Below are positions 14,091 through 25,562 of a stretch of DNA of 64,000 nucleotides, piece after piece (position 1 is the stretch's first letter; each line of letters starts with the position of its first letter). The notes under the pieces are model-generated. The model did not search any database. It was not told the origin of the DNA and saw nothing but the letters and a program-made list of their open reading frames with translations. The DNA is from Tubiluchus corallicola (taxonomy: Eukaryota > Animalia > Priapulida): assembly GCA_030141605.1 (NCBI GenBank), contig JAQGDQ010002384.1:186001-250000 (forward strand), written 5' to 3'. Both the position numbers and the translations under genes were made by a program.

Positions 14091-14879
14091 ACGATATAAA
14101 AATCGCATTACGTGACTCAGTGACTCAGTGATACATTAATTAACAACATAGGTAAAACAGTAATAATAACTATTTATGTAACTATGATGTGAAGTTGAAA
14201 TTGTGATTAAAGTGAAAGTTGTCGTGTTTTCAAACTTTCATTTCTTTCCCTTATAACTCTTTTACTTGAATTGAAACTTCATTTAACTTTTTATTGGTAA
14301 TCTTCTTATTGATTATAGCTATAAAATTTTACTGTTTACTTTTTACTCGTGTAGTTATTTCTTGTGCCTAATAAATAAATAATAAATAATAAAAACGGTA
14401 CTGTGTACTGTGTCAGCGTTGACTTCTCTTGCAGCAGCTTTATCTTCAAAGTTATACCCCCCCCCCCCAACCGAAAATATTACAGAGCTGAGCGTATACT
14501 GTAACGGACCAAGAAATACACAGCAGTCAACATGTCATTTGAACCAATAGCCGTTATGGTTGGCTGTTAGGAACTGCTTACAGCACTTCAATTTGCCGTG
14601 TATCATTTCACATTTGCAACTTAAACTCTGTGAAATAAGCAGTAATTGGAATAATGATATTTTACCCTTAGTGGTAATAACAGTAATGTGCTTGCCCTTG
14701 AGGGACATTGTGCTTTTATAAGTAGCAGCTAAAATGTTACAACACAAATGGACCGCCGAGTGGCATTAGCAGGCAGAAGATGGCAATCGCGTTGAAGGAA
14801 GACAATGAAGACGAAGAGGTTTAACTTCATCTGCGTCCAGAAGCATTAATCGTAATATCATGAAAGATATACGAAGCTG

Positions 14880-16000
14880 TCTAGCTACCTACATAGCCAC
14901 CCACCTAACTTCCTGCCTACCCACAGTCTGCCAACCTGCCTACCTACCTATAGGCACATCCTACTTACCTACCAACCCTCTGCCTTCTTACCCACCTACC
15001 TACCTTCCTACCGACTTACCTACCGACCGACTGACCTACCTACCTATACCTAAATGCCTACCTACCTGCCTACTTAGCTGCCTACCTAGATACCTGCTTT
15101 GCCTACCTATATGTACATCCTACTTACCTACCTACGCCCTGCCTTCTTACCTACTTACCTGCCTGCCTACCTACCTATCTACCAACCAACCTACCTTCCT
15201 ACCCACCTACCTACCTACCTAACTAACAACCTATTGTTCGTATGCCTGCCTGCCTGCCTGCCTATTCCCTGTTTGTACTATTCCCCTATATACCTGACCA
15301 GCTACTTACCTACGTATTTACCTACCTGCTTACCTTCTTACATACTACTTAGTACCCACTTACCTACCTGCCTACTTAGCTGCCTACCTAGATACCTGCT
15401 TTGCCTACCTATATGTACATCCTACTTACCTACCTACGCCCTGCCTTCTTACCTACTTACCTGCCTGCCTACCTACCTATCTACCAACCAACCTACCTTC
15501 CTACCCACCTACCTACCTACCTAACTAACAACCTATTGTTCGTATGCCTGCCTGCCTGCCTGCCTATTCCCTGTTTGTACTATTCCCCTATATACCTGAC
15601 CAGCTACTTACCTACGTATTTACCTACCTGCTTACCTTCTTACATACTACTTAGTACCCACTTACCTACCTGCCTACTTAGCTGCCTACCTAGATACCTG
15701 CTTTGCCTACCTATATGTACATCCTACTTACCTACCTACGCCCTGCCTTCTTACCTACTTACCTGCCTGCCTACCTACCTATCTACCAACCAACCTACCT
15801 TCCTACCCACCTACCTACCTACCTGCCTACCTAACTAACAACCTATTGTTCGTATGCCTGCCTGCCTGCCTATTCCCTGTTTGTTACTATTCCCCTATAT
15901 ACCTGACCAGCTGCTTACCTACGTATTTACCTACCTGCTTACCTTCTTACATACTACTTAGTACCCACTTACCTACCTGCCTAGTGCCTACGTACTTACC
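14880..16000. repeat. (CCTA)n-derived satellite with a 302-bp higher-order unit x~3 (about 15058-15980)
   Basis: Identical translated blocks recur at 15099, 15401 and 15703. Confidence 0.92.
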
Positions 16001-18104
16001 CAATAGTGAGGCACATGCTTACTTAACACTAGGGCAGCACAGATCTAAAATTCTTTTGGAGTAAGTCTTACGAAACTGGCTCCACTATAACTTCCTACCT
16101 ACCTAGGCAATTACTACTGCCCTGCTTTTCTGTGGTTCCTGCACCTAACGGTTGTCTATAGTTTGGTAAACAATGTGGAAAAGGCATCAACGCATCACTA
16201 AATCAGTATAGCGATAGATGATTATACGGTCGCGTATGTCAGTCCCTATTCCCCATACCATTCTAAATCTTTTATTACTCGAGATTATACAATCCCCAGT
16301 TGATAGGATGCGTGTCATACCCAATTTGCTGTGATTAAACTATTCAAGCGACAGATAAGATCGAACAAGAGGCTTACTTCCACAGAAGCGCGCAAGAATA
16401 AGTGACAATTCTCACATGAATTCGTGAACAAGGCACAGAGTCTATTGGCGTATAATGGTTTTTACATATCAGAAGGTTATTTGTCAAGATGGGTTACCAT
16501 CCTCATAAGACATGGCGCCTTTAATCATATTTCCCTTTTAGTAATTGCAATCTTAAAGCAATCAAGCACTTCCTGGATGTGCTTCTGAGTTTTCAAATCT
16601 TTTTGAACAATTCTGGCGTGCCCTACGTGTCCAGAAATACTAAACGTTATTTTACATCTACAATACTTGGCTGAAACAAATAGTGAAGAAAAATGTTGGA
16701 TTTTTTATTTTCGTTTGCCCGTGCAAGCCGACCAGCATTCAGAATAAAGGCAGCAAACACGATTTGGTAAAAATTACATTCTGTAGTAAACCGGAACTGT
16801 TACTGTTCACAGAGGAATGCTGACCTAGCATTGATCACTAAGTAAATTTATTCTCTATAGTCTTGGGGCTACTACTTAATCCCTGAAGAAGCTTGGGTAG
16901 CTTTATCCAAATAAGGAAAGATTTCTAAAACGGCAGAATTGTCAGATGTTCAAATGCTTAGCAGGTACTAACCAGAACGAGTGCTGCTTCACTTTGAAAA
17001 ACTTTGAGGTTATGACGCCAATCTGACTCATCGTGGTACATGTATGTAAATAATGTACTTTCTCAGTATAGTATAGTCTTGGCCTAGTACATGCTTCATA
17101 CTTAAATAATCCATACTAGACCAGTGTACCGTGTAGACCACGTGGTGTACTGCTTGGTTTTTTTTATCTGCCTTAAGCCGTACCACATATATATATACAT
17201 TGTAATGTACAATGACTCCTGCTTTTAATCGAGAACAGAGAAAGGAAAGAGTGAATGAGCGAGAGAAGGAAAAAGAAATCAGAGATAGACAAAAGAAATT
17301 TAAAATTCAAAATTTTTAAGAAAAATAAACGTGACTAATTTATTTCTACTGGGAGTCCAGTTGTTCAGAGGCTAAAATTGGACATTGTCCAAAAATCAGA
17401 TGGATTTTGGTCAAAATATGCGTGAGGAAGGCGTGATTCCGCGCATATTTTGTATCATTTTTCGAAAAATGGGTTATTTGTACATGGATGGGAACCTAAT
17501 ACGTTGGTAAACATCAGACGATGATACATTTAATGTACGATCTATAATGTAGTCAGGTACAGGCATGCCACATTGCGTGTACATTATAAATGCACTTTAC
17601 CTATATGTTGGTATTAGCAAATTACGAGTAGCGCATTGCGTTAGTGAACCGCCTCCGTTCTATAACTGCGCCGAGGCTTTTGTTTGCTAAACAATTTTTC
17701 CCCAGGAAAATCAAAAAGTTCGTGTAATCTTTTGTCGTGAGATTATTCATACATTCACGCACCTGCATAGTGTATTTGTTTTGAAATAACGCCAGTCTAG
17801 CAGGTTCGTTGTGAAAGAAAATAGCAGCAAAGTTTATTAAATTTTCAGAGGAATTTACGTTATTAGAGTGAAGCCTTTGTACCTTTTAGCTGATAATGTT
17901 GTCAATATATAGTATTACAAAAAACTTAATCGAGCGCGCAATTCTGATAAGGTTAATTTTCGTGCCAGGACAAGCTACCTCATACTATGCTCCTAAAAAT
18001 AAAATAATATATTCGTTTAATATATTAAGATTAGTTCCAAAGCTTCACAACAGGACTGAGGCATCCAAGGCGTAGCAACAAGAACTTATTTATATAAGGA
18101 AGCC

Positions 18105-18106
<2 letters not shown>

Positions 18107-18147
<41 letters not shown>

Positions 18148-18223
18148 TCTTTCTTTCTCTCTCTTTCTCCCCTCTCTCTTTCTCTCTCTCTCTCTTCATC
18201 ACTCTCTCTCCCCTCTCTCTCCC

Positions 18224-18274
<51 letters not shown>

Positions 18275-18342
18275 ACTCTCTTTCTCTCTTTCTCTTACTC
18301 CCTCCTGTCTCTCTCTCTTTCTCTCTGTCTCTCTCTCTCTTT

Positions 18343-18418
<76 letters not shown>

Positions 18419-18450
18419 TCTCTCTCTCTGTCTCCTTCTCTCTCTCCCCA
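18107..18450. repeat. (CT)n-rich polypyrimidine tract
   Basis: Direct reading. Confidence 0.96.
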
Positions 18451-20310
18451 TTCTCTCCCTTTTATTTTCTCTCTTCATCACGGAATAGTAAGCAGTATCA
18501 ATAATGTGCACACGTTCCACACAGTGTTCGTTACATATGACAAACACATTTTTTAAAATTTATCCTGCAGACCTGCATACTTTACAGTTTAGTACTTTAT
18601 GTAGTTGGTCATATTTACTGCCACTGATATTTATGACGAAGCAAAAAACCTTCATAAATCATAAACAATAATATCAAGTAATCAGGCCTCATATTATTTG
18701 AAAGGTTTCATCTATTTTATACAATCTGCATGCGAGCCAAAACTGTTTAAATAATAGTTTACATCAGTTCCATAATATTATTAATTTCACATATAACTGA
18801 AGGGTTTCACATTAAACTGCATGAAACACAATCATGTGGTGAATTGTTATTAGAGAAGAGTAATTTCAGGATAAACTTTACCTAAACTGACCTGGCTCGG
18901 TGGTGGTATGCGATCGTGCCATTATTATTCGCTGGTATCAAATTACGAAGCGTCAATAAAATACAAAATTAGAAATTTTCTGCATCGTCGAAAATGGCTG
19001 CTAAACTCGCTGAATAGCTAGAGAATAATTTGACATATATCAGTAAAATCGAGGTGAATCCGTTGAGAAAAAACCGTAAAATATGAAAAAATAACCAAAT
19101 ATTTCGCTCCTACCCAATGAATAGTTTCACAAAATAAAAAATGTTCGTCCTGCTGTAGAAAGTTTGTAATAAATACACAATTAACTAGATACACTATAGA
19201 TTTAATAACCACTTATTTCGAAAGGTCTTAATTGTTCTGACTATTTAAATTACAGGCCAAAAAATAAAATAAAACAATGCATAGCTTCGTAATTTACGAT
19301 ACGTCGTGGTACAACGTACATAAACTACATAAACTAATTCACGTCGTTATCTAATTATATTGAACCATTAATATTGCTTTCTCTTACTTATATGTTTTTC
19401 AAGCTAAAGAAATAGCTTTTTGGTGCGTTATAAATCAAAAACTGTTTTAAGTTGTTTTGTGTCAACTTCATCTCAAAAACAGCAAAACTTCTGAACTAAA
19501 TAAAACAGTAAACACTCTATAAGCACTAGGAAAATAAACTGTTACAAGCGTTTTGCAAAAATAAACTGTTACAAGCGTTTTGCAAAGACGGTGTTTTCTA
19601 CACGTAATTTTGCCCACAGATATTTTATCTGCAAAAAGCAACGAAACATAAGCTTATCATTGGTACTTGGCATTCTAATTAAGTAATATTTTTTATTTAA
19701 ATAGGACAGCATTAGTTTCCAAACTGCACAACAATATTGAAGCGATCTTCGCAAGAGTTTACTTAACTGACATCGTACTTGGTGCATTGACTTTAAGTCT
19801 AACTCCTGTGTACGACATATATAAAAATATATTTTATGTTTCTTATCAATGTGCCGCCTCTCCATATATTTATCCGGATGTTGTTACGTTTTTACTTTAG
19901 ATAGAAAGTGATCTTGAACTACGCCGTTAGTTCCATTTTCCAAAATCAAAGGTAAAAAAGGTTTCACAGGCCCAACTGTTGGTTTTCTAGCTTCGCAGTA
20001 TAGCAGACATAACATATTTTAAAACAGAATGATCAGTTAAGGTGTATATGTACAGAGGGTGATCTGGTTACACTGTAAGAGCTGAGCAAATTTACGGATG
20101 CGTGAAAATAAACAATAGATTTAATATGATAGCATTGTGAACAGAGATGGACAGCTCGTGGAACGAGGGTCATTTGTTTTTCCACTCGTTGTTGGTTTTG
20201 TCATTAAATGCTGGTTAAATTCACAAGTGAGAACTTTAATTACCGTCACAGGGCTTTCTCGGGTTTATTTAAAGTTCACTGATTGTCTTCGTGTTAACTG
20301 TTGTTAAATG

Positions 20311-20790
20311 CAGGGCCTATTTCAGCCTAAGCGAGGCCCCCTGGGGGGGGGGGGGGCGTTGGACGGGCGCCACCATGGTTGGCGCCCAGAAAATTTTTGA
20401 ACTGCTAGAACGCCGGAGAAGTATTTTCGAAGAGAAAATATGAAGTTATACAGTTGTTAAAGGAAAGAACAATTGAAAGAAAAACTGCTTTATTCTCAAG
20501 ACCAGTCCTTAATACTTGTCAAATAGTCAAATAAAAAACAACATCTTTGCAATATGTGATACCGTACTCTCTCACTTCCGTACAAGCCGGTGTTAGAAAT
20601 TCCGAAATTGAAAACAGCTGAACATCGCACCGAGCCGCTCAAGGCAAACGGCGCGCGTGCGGCAAGAGAGAGGGAGAGAGGAGACAGTATGTTCGCAAAA
20701 AGCAAAAAAAATGTTACTTCGGCGCGAGGCCCCCCTGGAAGGAGAGGCCCCAGGGAAGTAACCCACTCCCCCCCCCTGAAATAGGCCCTG
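20311..20790. mobile_element. hAT-type MITE, 480 bp
   Basis: Perfect 15-bp TIR cagggcctatttcag / ctgaaataggccctg and perfect 8-bp TSD gttaaatg. Confidence 0.92.
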
Positions 20791-21204
20791 GTTAAATGTA
20801 TGTAATTAAAATATAACTGGTTAGTTAATTATGTCTGCCTTCATGTTTTTTTGTTAAGTAGCAGTTCAGTAACTCTCGTGGTGATATTGAGAAAAATGAT
20901 TTACGTGGTGCGTGCTGCTAAAATATTGCATGTACACAGCACAGGTACAATACATTCTTAGACATTTTGGTTACTCTGCAGAAAAGAGTGACCAGAGCTA
21001 TAAATAAATACCCCAATAAGTCTTCTCTTAATGTACAAAGTAGTTCAATTCCTTCAACTTTACTTTCAAACACTTAACTATCTGTTACTGTATCAATTTC
21101 TTTTCTTCAGGTCTGCTTAATCATTACCTATTTGGCTTTTGTTAACTACTTAATTAGTGCATAATAGACTCTGCCTATATGAACTGGTTGCATGTTTGTA
21201 AAAT

Positions 21205-21247
21205 TACCACTGGTGATGACAGCAGCAGCTTGTCGAAACGTTTGGTA
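21205..21247 (+). ncRNA. Degenerate minimal type I hammerhead ribozyme motif, Penelope-like element type
   Basis: tacca-CTGgTGA-t-gaca(gcagcagct)tgtc-GAAAC-GTT-tggta: stem I tacca/tggta, stem II gaca/tgtc, palindromic aaacgttt; core A6 changed to G. Confidence 0.55.
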
Positions 21248-22317
21248 TGATTTTAGCAATTTAAAGTAAAAGTTTTAATACCGTTGTATTGCTTTTAAAG
21301 TTCTATAAATGTTTTTAAGTGTCTGTAATAAAAATTAACTTCGTTATTTTGTAGATTTACTTGCCTTCCTCGTCACAGTAGGGAATATGTGTTTTTTTAC
21401 TGTTACATAAGAGGAAGTGATTAAGAAAAGGCATAGGTTCGAGAAGTGATCTTTTCCCTAACTAACACTGTTTAAATGTAACAAAGAATGTATGCCTAGC
21501 GATTATATAAAGCATTACTTGTAACACAAATTGCAAATAAAAATGTAAATTACTTTTGTGTAGGCTAAACGTCTTTTAGAAATGTGTACATAAAACTAAT
21601 TCCTAAGCTTCACGTCGCAAAAAGGATGGCTAAAATTTTACTATGAATATATTCATCAACTCAGCAAGCCAAACAAAGGTGTAAGCTATATAATGTTCTA
21701 CAGATTCGCTCGCTATTTGCCTTACGATATATCCTTTGCATAGGGAAGAGTACGCTTACAACAGAATTATGTGTTAGAAATTAGAATGTTAATATATATT
21801 TATTTTACAGTGCAACTTATTATAATGGATACTCCCACGAATCACGGTGAGCAACGTCAACGATGCCCAGACTTTCAAATACGAGTTCTGTCCAATTCAA
21901 ATCATGTAATGTTGCTGATTACGAGAATTTCGCACATTATCGCCTTGCATCATCCAAAATAGTCGAAACCCTAACATTCCACGCCAATGAGTCACGCGAA
22001 ACTTGATTTACTGCACTGTCTGCTACCTTTTCTTTTACCCCTGTAAATTGATTTATTACTGGCGCCCATACAGAACCCGTTATCAGTTCAAAATTTGTGT
22101 CAGACTTCCACTGTCATCTACCCAGTGGACAATAAGAAGCCTGTAGCTATTTGCATTATAATGGTGAGCTGGCATCATTGCGTACGGTCACATGCAAATC
22201 TTGTTCCAGGAATTTCTGGTCGAAAGACTTGACCCGAATACTCATCTGGATGTTATTTTTGTTGTCCTTGTTGGAATTGGATAAGAGGCTGTGTAACCAA
22301 CATTTACAATAGTAATT

Positions 22318-22953
22318 ATAATAACAATAATTTCGTTTAGGACATAAGCCAGGTAATCCACCGTAGGTAATTCAATACTTATTTCCGTGGTGGTTCCAGT
22401 TATTACCCGCATGCGGAGCTGGATTATGGCTTTTTGGGGCCCCTACGTTAATGAAATTATGGGGCACCCTCAGACGAAGCCACCCCTACCTCGCCGCATC
22501 CGTCTTGAATATTTTTTTACTTGTGATATAGTTTAGCGACATTTAAGTAGGTTGAAATAAACTTATTGCAAATTCTTTAAATAAACCAGAATAGCATGTC
22601 TTTTGTTTGTCAATAAAAATATTCTTTAAAAGAAATATCCCTATTTTAGTATTTATTGCCAACCAAATTAGCATATATTCCAACATAACCGTAGTGAAAA
22701 ACACAAATGTCAACCAAAGTTTGAAAGCTCCCCCCCCCCCAAGCATGAGCAGTTCTAGGCTGCAACCTACGCTGGCCTGTTGGATAATCCAGTCCTGCCC
22801 GCATGTTACTTCGATAATCATAAACACGTACGCTTATCAAAGAAGAACCATCGGTACCATTTTTAAATCTTTGGAATTTTTAAATCTGGACAGTTGGCCC
22901 GCAATCTCCACGGTAGTAAGCGAGCACGTTACCACTGAGCTATTCCCACACCC
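22318..22953 (-). mobile_element. Second, more diverged copy of the same tRNA-derived SINE, split by the 22414-22797 MITE
   Basis: Shares aataatttcgtttaggacata, ggtaccatttt and aagcgagcacg.tacca.tgagcta with the 24919-25156 copy. Confidence 0.75.
22414..22797. mobile_element. hAT-type MITE, 384 bp, inserted into a tRNA-derived SINE
   Basis: 8-bp TSD cccgcatg (22406-22413, 22798-22805); TIRs cggagctggattat / ataatccagtcctg (11/14). Confidence 0.85.
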
Positions 22954-24068
22954 AATAACTATAGACAAGTCAATAATGTTCCATCTAGCAGCAGTGTAAC
23001 TGCACAGCTAAATAACACAAGGAGGACGTTTTCAACAGAACGACTGAACTACACCAAACAACAGGGGCAACTTTTGTAGATGGTGTGGTGCTGGTAGGAA
23101 GAGAACCTTTCATGAATGATAATCCTCTGCGATTTCAAATTAGGCACTCATATTGCGAACTAGCAACAGTTAACGTGGCAGTAGTAAGGCATTAAAGTTA
23201 TTATGAAGTTCCAAGTAGGGTATGGAAGTTATTATAATTTTTGGTTTCGATGCTTAATAAATTACTTAATAAAAAGCTGATTCGACTCCAATGTTTACAT
23301 TGGAACTGGAAGTGGTGCTGAATTGTGAATGTGTGTGTAACGTATTTTGTTAATCATGTTTACTATTGACAAGCTATCAGCATAGTAGTGTTAGTTTTTT
23401 GCTGGATTCACTGCTATGTTTACCTGTATTGAGAGCAGATTTCTTTTATTTTAGAATTCTCCCTGTCCACTACAACATGTGGTTGTTTCTTCTCCTCTTT
23501 TCCTTCTTCCTATCCCTAATCTTACTATTTTTTTCCATTCCATCATTTCTTCTTGCCCCAACCATTCTTTCATTCTCTCATTTCCTGTCACCTCAACAAG
23601 CCAAGCTTTCAAGGTGTCATACAGCAACTCTTTTATTTGGTTAATTTGACTTCATCAACGTTTTTTAACCTATACTGTTTCTTTTTTTTCAATAATTTTG
23701 TACGTTGATGTATTGTATATGTATTGCTGGAGTGAAATAAATTGATTTTGATTTTTGAACATAGTCGTAATGGGAATAAACTATAATGATACGATGATGA
23801 ATGTTTACAGGTTCTAAACTGTACTTTGCTCATCGGCTTTACTAGAAAACCTGTATACAGAGTTTGTATTGTTTTTGTATATTTTTGTAACTACAACACT
23901 TAGTGAAAACACATCGTGAAATCAGACGCGCCATACATTCTTGCTTTCAATGCCAGCTGGAGCCTGGGTCAGTTGCTTAGCGATAAATAACCTAAATTTG
24001 TTAATGTAAGTCACTACGGTTGCTAGATGGAGACTTACTTTTTGCATCAGACTGAATAACAATAAAAA

Positions 24069-24131
<63 letters not shown>

Positions 24132-24209
24132 CAGCAGTAGCAGTAGCAGTAGCAGTAGCAGTAGCAGCATCAGCAGCAGCAGCAGCAGCAGTAGTAATAA
24201 TAATAATAA
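24069..24209. repeat. (AGT)n-(AGCAGT)n-(AGC)n-(AAT)n compound microsatellite
   Basis: Direct reading. Confidence 0.96.
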
Positions 24210-24918
24210 CTTGTAATTCATAATGGATCTATTTCAGATATTTTAGTATAATACAAGTACTGTCATAATATTCATTCACAGACCAGTTAGCTCAAGGGAA
24301 AAGAATTTTCACCTCAAAAACTGCTATATATATATATATTATTTATATATCATCTATATATACATTTATTTGCATATTATAATGCCATACATTGACAAGT
24401 TAGTATGATGGTAGCAATGTAAATTACTAAAGTAATTAATTAATTGAACAAAAGTGTTAGATACATAGTTTCAATTTCATCGTACGTAAATTCGGGTATT
24501 AATATTTCGTTGTTCAACGTTCAATAAAATTCACGTGCTACTACTAATCCGATCATTGCAACCATAATTATTGTCATAATAACGTAGAAAAATTTTATTC
24601 TTTCCCAACGTTGTTAAGCTATTCTGAGTATTTAAGACTGACAATGCACGCAAGAGTTCATTTTTAGAGTTATCAATTGATTTCGATAGATTCAGAGCAC
24701 GTTTAACAATTATCTTTGTAAGAGGATACGTGTCTGCAAAGCATGTTGTCATACTACAATGAGAATTCCTTGGAAAAACACGGCGTAAAATTTTTCTATA
24801 TTCCATTGCTAATGGATCGTTATTGTCTGTTAACTCAAATATTGAGCTACCATAGAAAAATGTATAGCAAAAAATATGAAGATAACAATTTCATTAAAGC
24901 AGATTTATTAGTTATTAG

Positions 24919-25156
24919 TAATAATAATAATTTCGTTTAGGACATAGTCCAGGGATATCACCTTAAGTAACTCAATACTTTTCAAGATGGTCCCGATTAC
25001 CCGTTCAAGGTGGTCCACGTACTACGATAAGTACGTGTGCTTGGTTGAAGAACCAGCGGTACCATTTTCAAGTATTTGGTATGACTCGGTCGGGAGTTGA
25101 ACCCGTGACCTCCGGAGTGAGAAGCGAGCACGCTACCATTGAGCTACACCACCCGG
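24919..25156 (-). mobile_element. tRNA-derived SINE with MetaSINE-like core and (TTA)n tail
   Basis: Minus strand: ggtggtgtagctcaatggtagcgtgctcgc (A box)...gggttcaactccc (B box), then gtcataccaaatacttgaaaatggtacc, ending ggactatgtcctaaacgaaattattatt. The core assignment is from recollection. Confidence 0.75.
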
Positions 25157-25339
25157 TAAGTAACAGTTAAAAAAGGATGAAAGTGAATTAGCAGCTGTAA
25201 AGCCACTTTTGAAATATATGACATCCAGTGATTGATTTAAATCATAGGTGACAATACGCCCTAAGTGATTAACACTATCGTGCCATTTTAATACTTTTCC
25301 ATTAATTTCAATATTAGTTACATTAGCATGTTTTCATTT

Positions 25340-25562
25340 TCTGAATAGAATCATTTTCGGTGGCAAACTCCCTGCATCTTTTAATCATCTTTTTTGAAGC
25401 ATTTACAGACGGAGCAAGGAGAGTTACGTCGTCCGCGTAACCAGTCGCCCCGACAAATTGGTTTAGCAAGTAACATTCTAATCTGCTTTTTTAGCTTATG
25501 TAGTAGATCATTAATATATACCGTGAACAAAATCAAAGAAAGCATGCTGCCTTGTCTTATTC
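25340..25562 (-). mobile_element. Non-LTR retrotransposon RT fragment
   Basis: IRQGSMLSLILFTVYINDLL, then after a frameshift GATGYADDVTLLAPS (YADD catalytic motif). Confidence 0.85.

Noticed and set aside
16880-16925. Second hammerhead (ctgaaga plus agct/agct hairpin)
   Set aside because: No GAAA core after stem II.
25085-25156. Functional tRNA gene (minus)
   Set aside because: No proper acceptor stem or terminator; continues into a SINE body with a second copy nearby.
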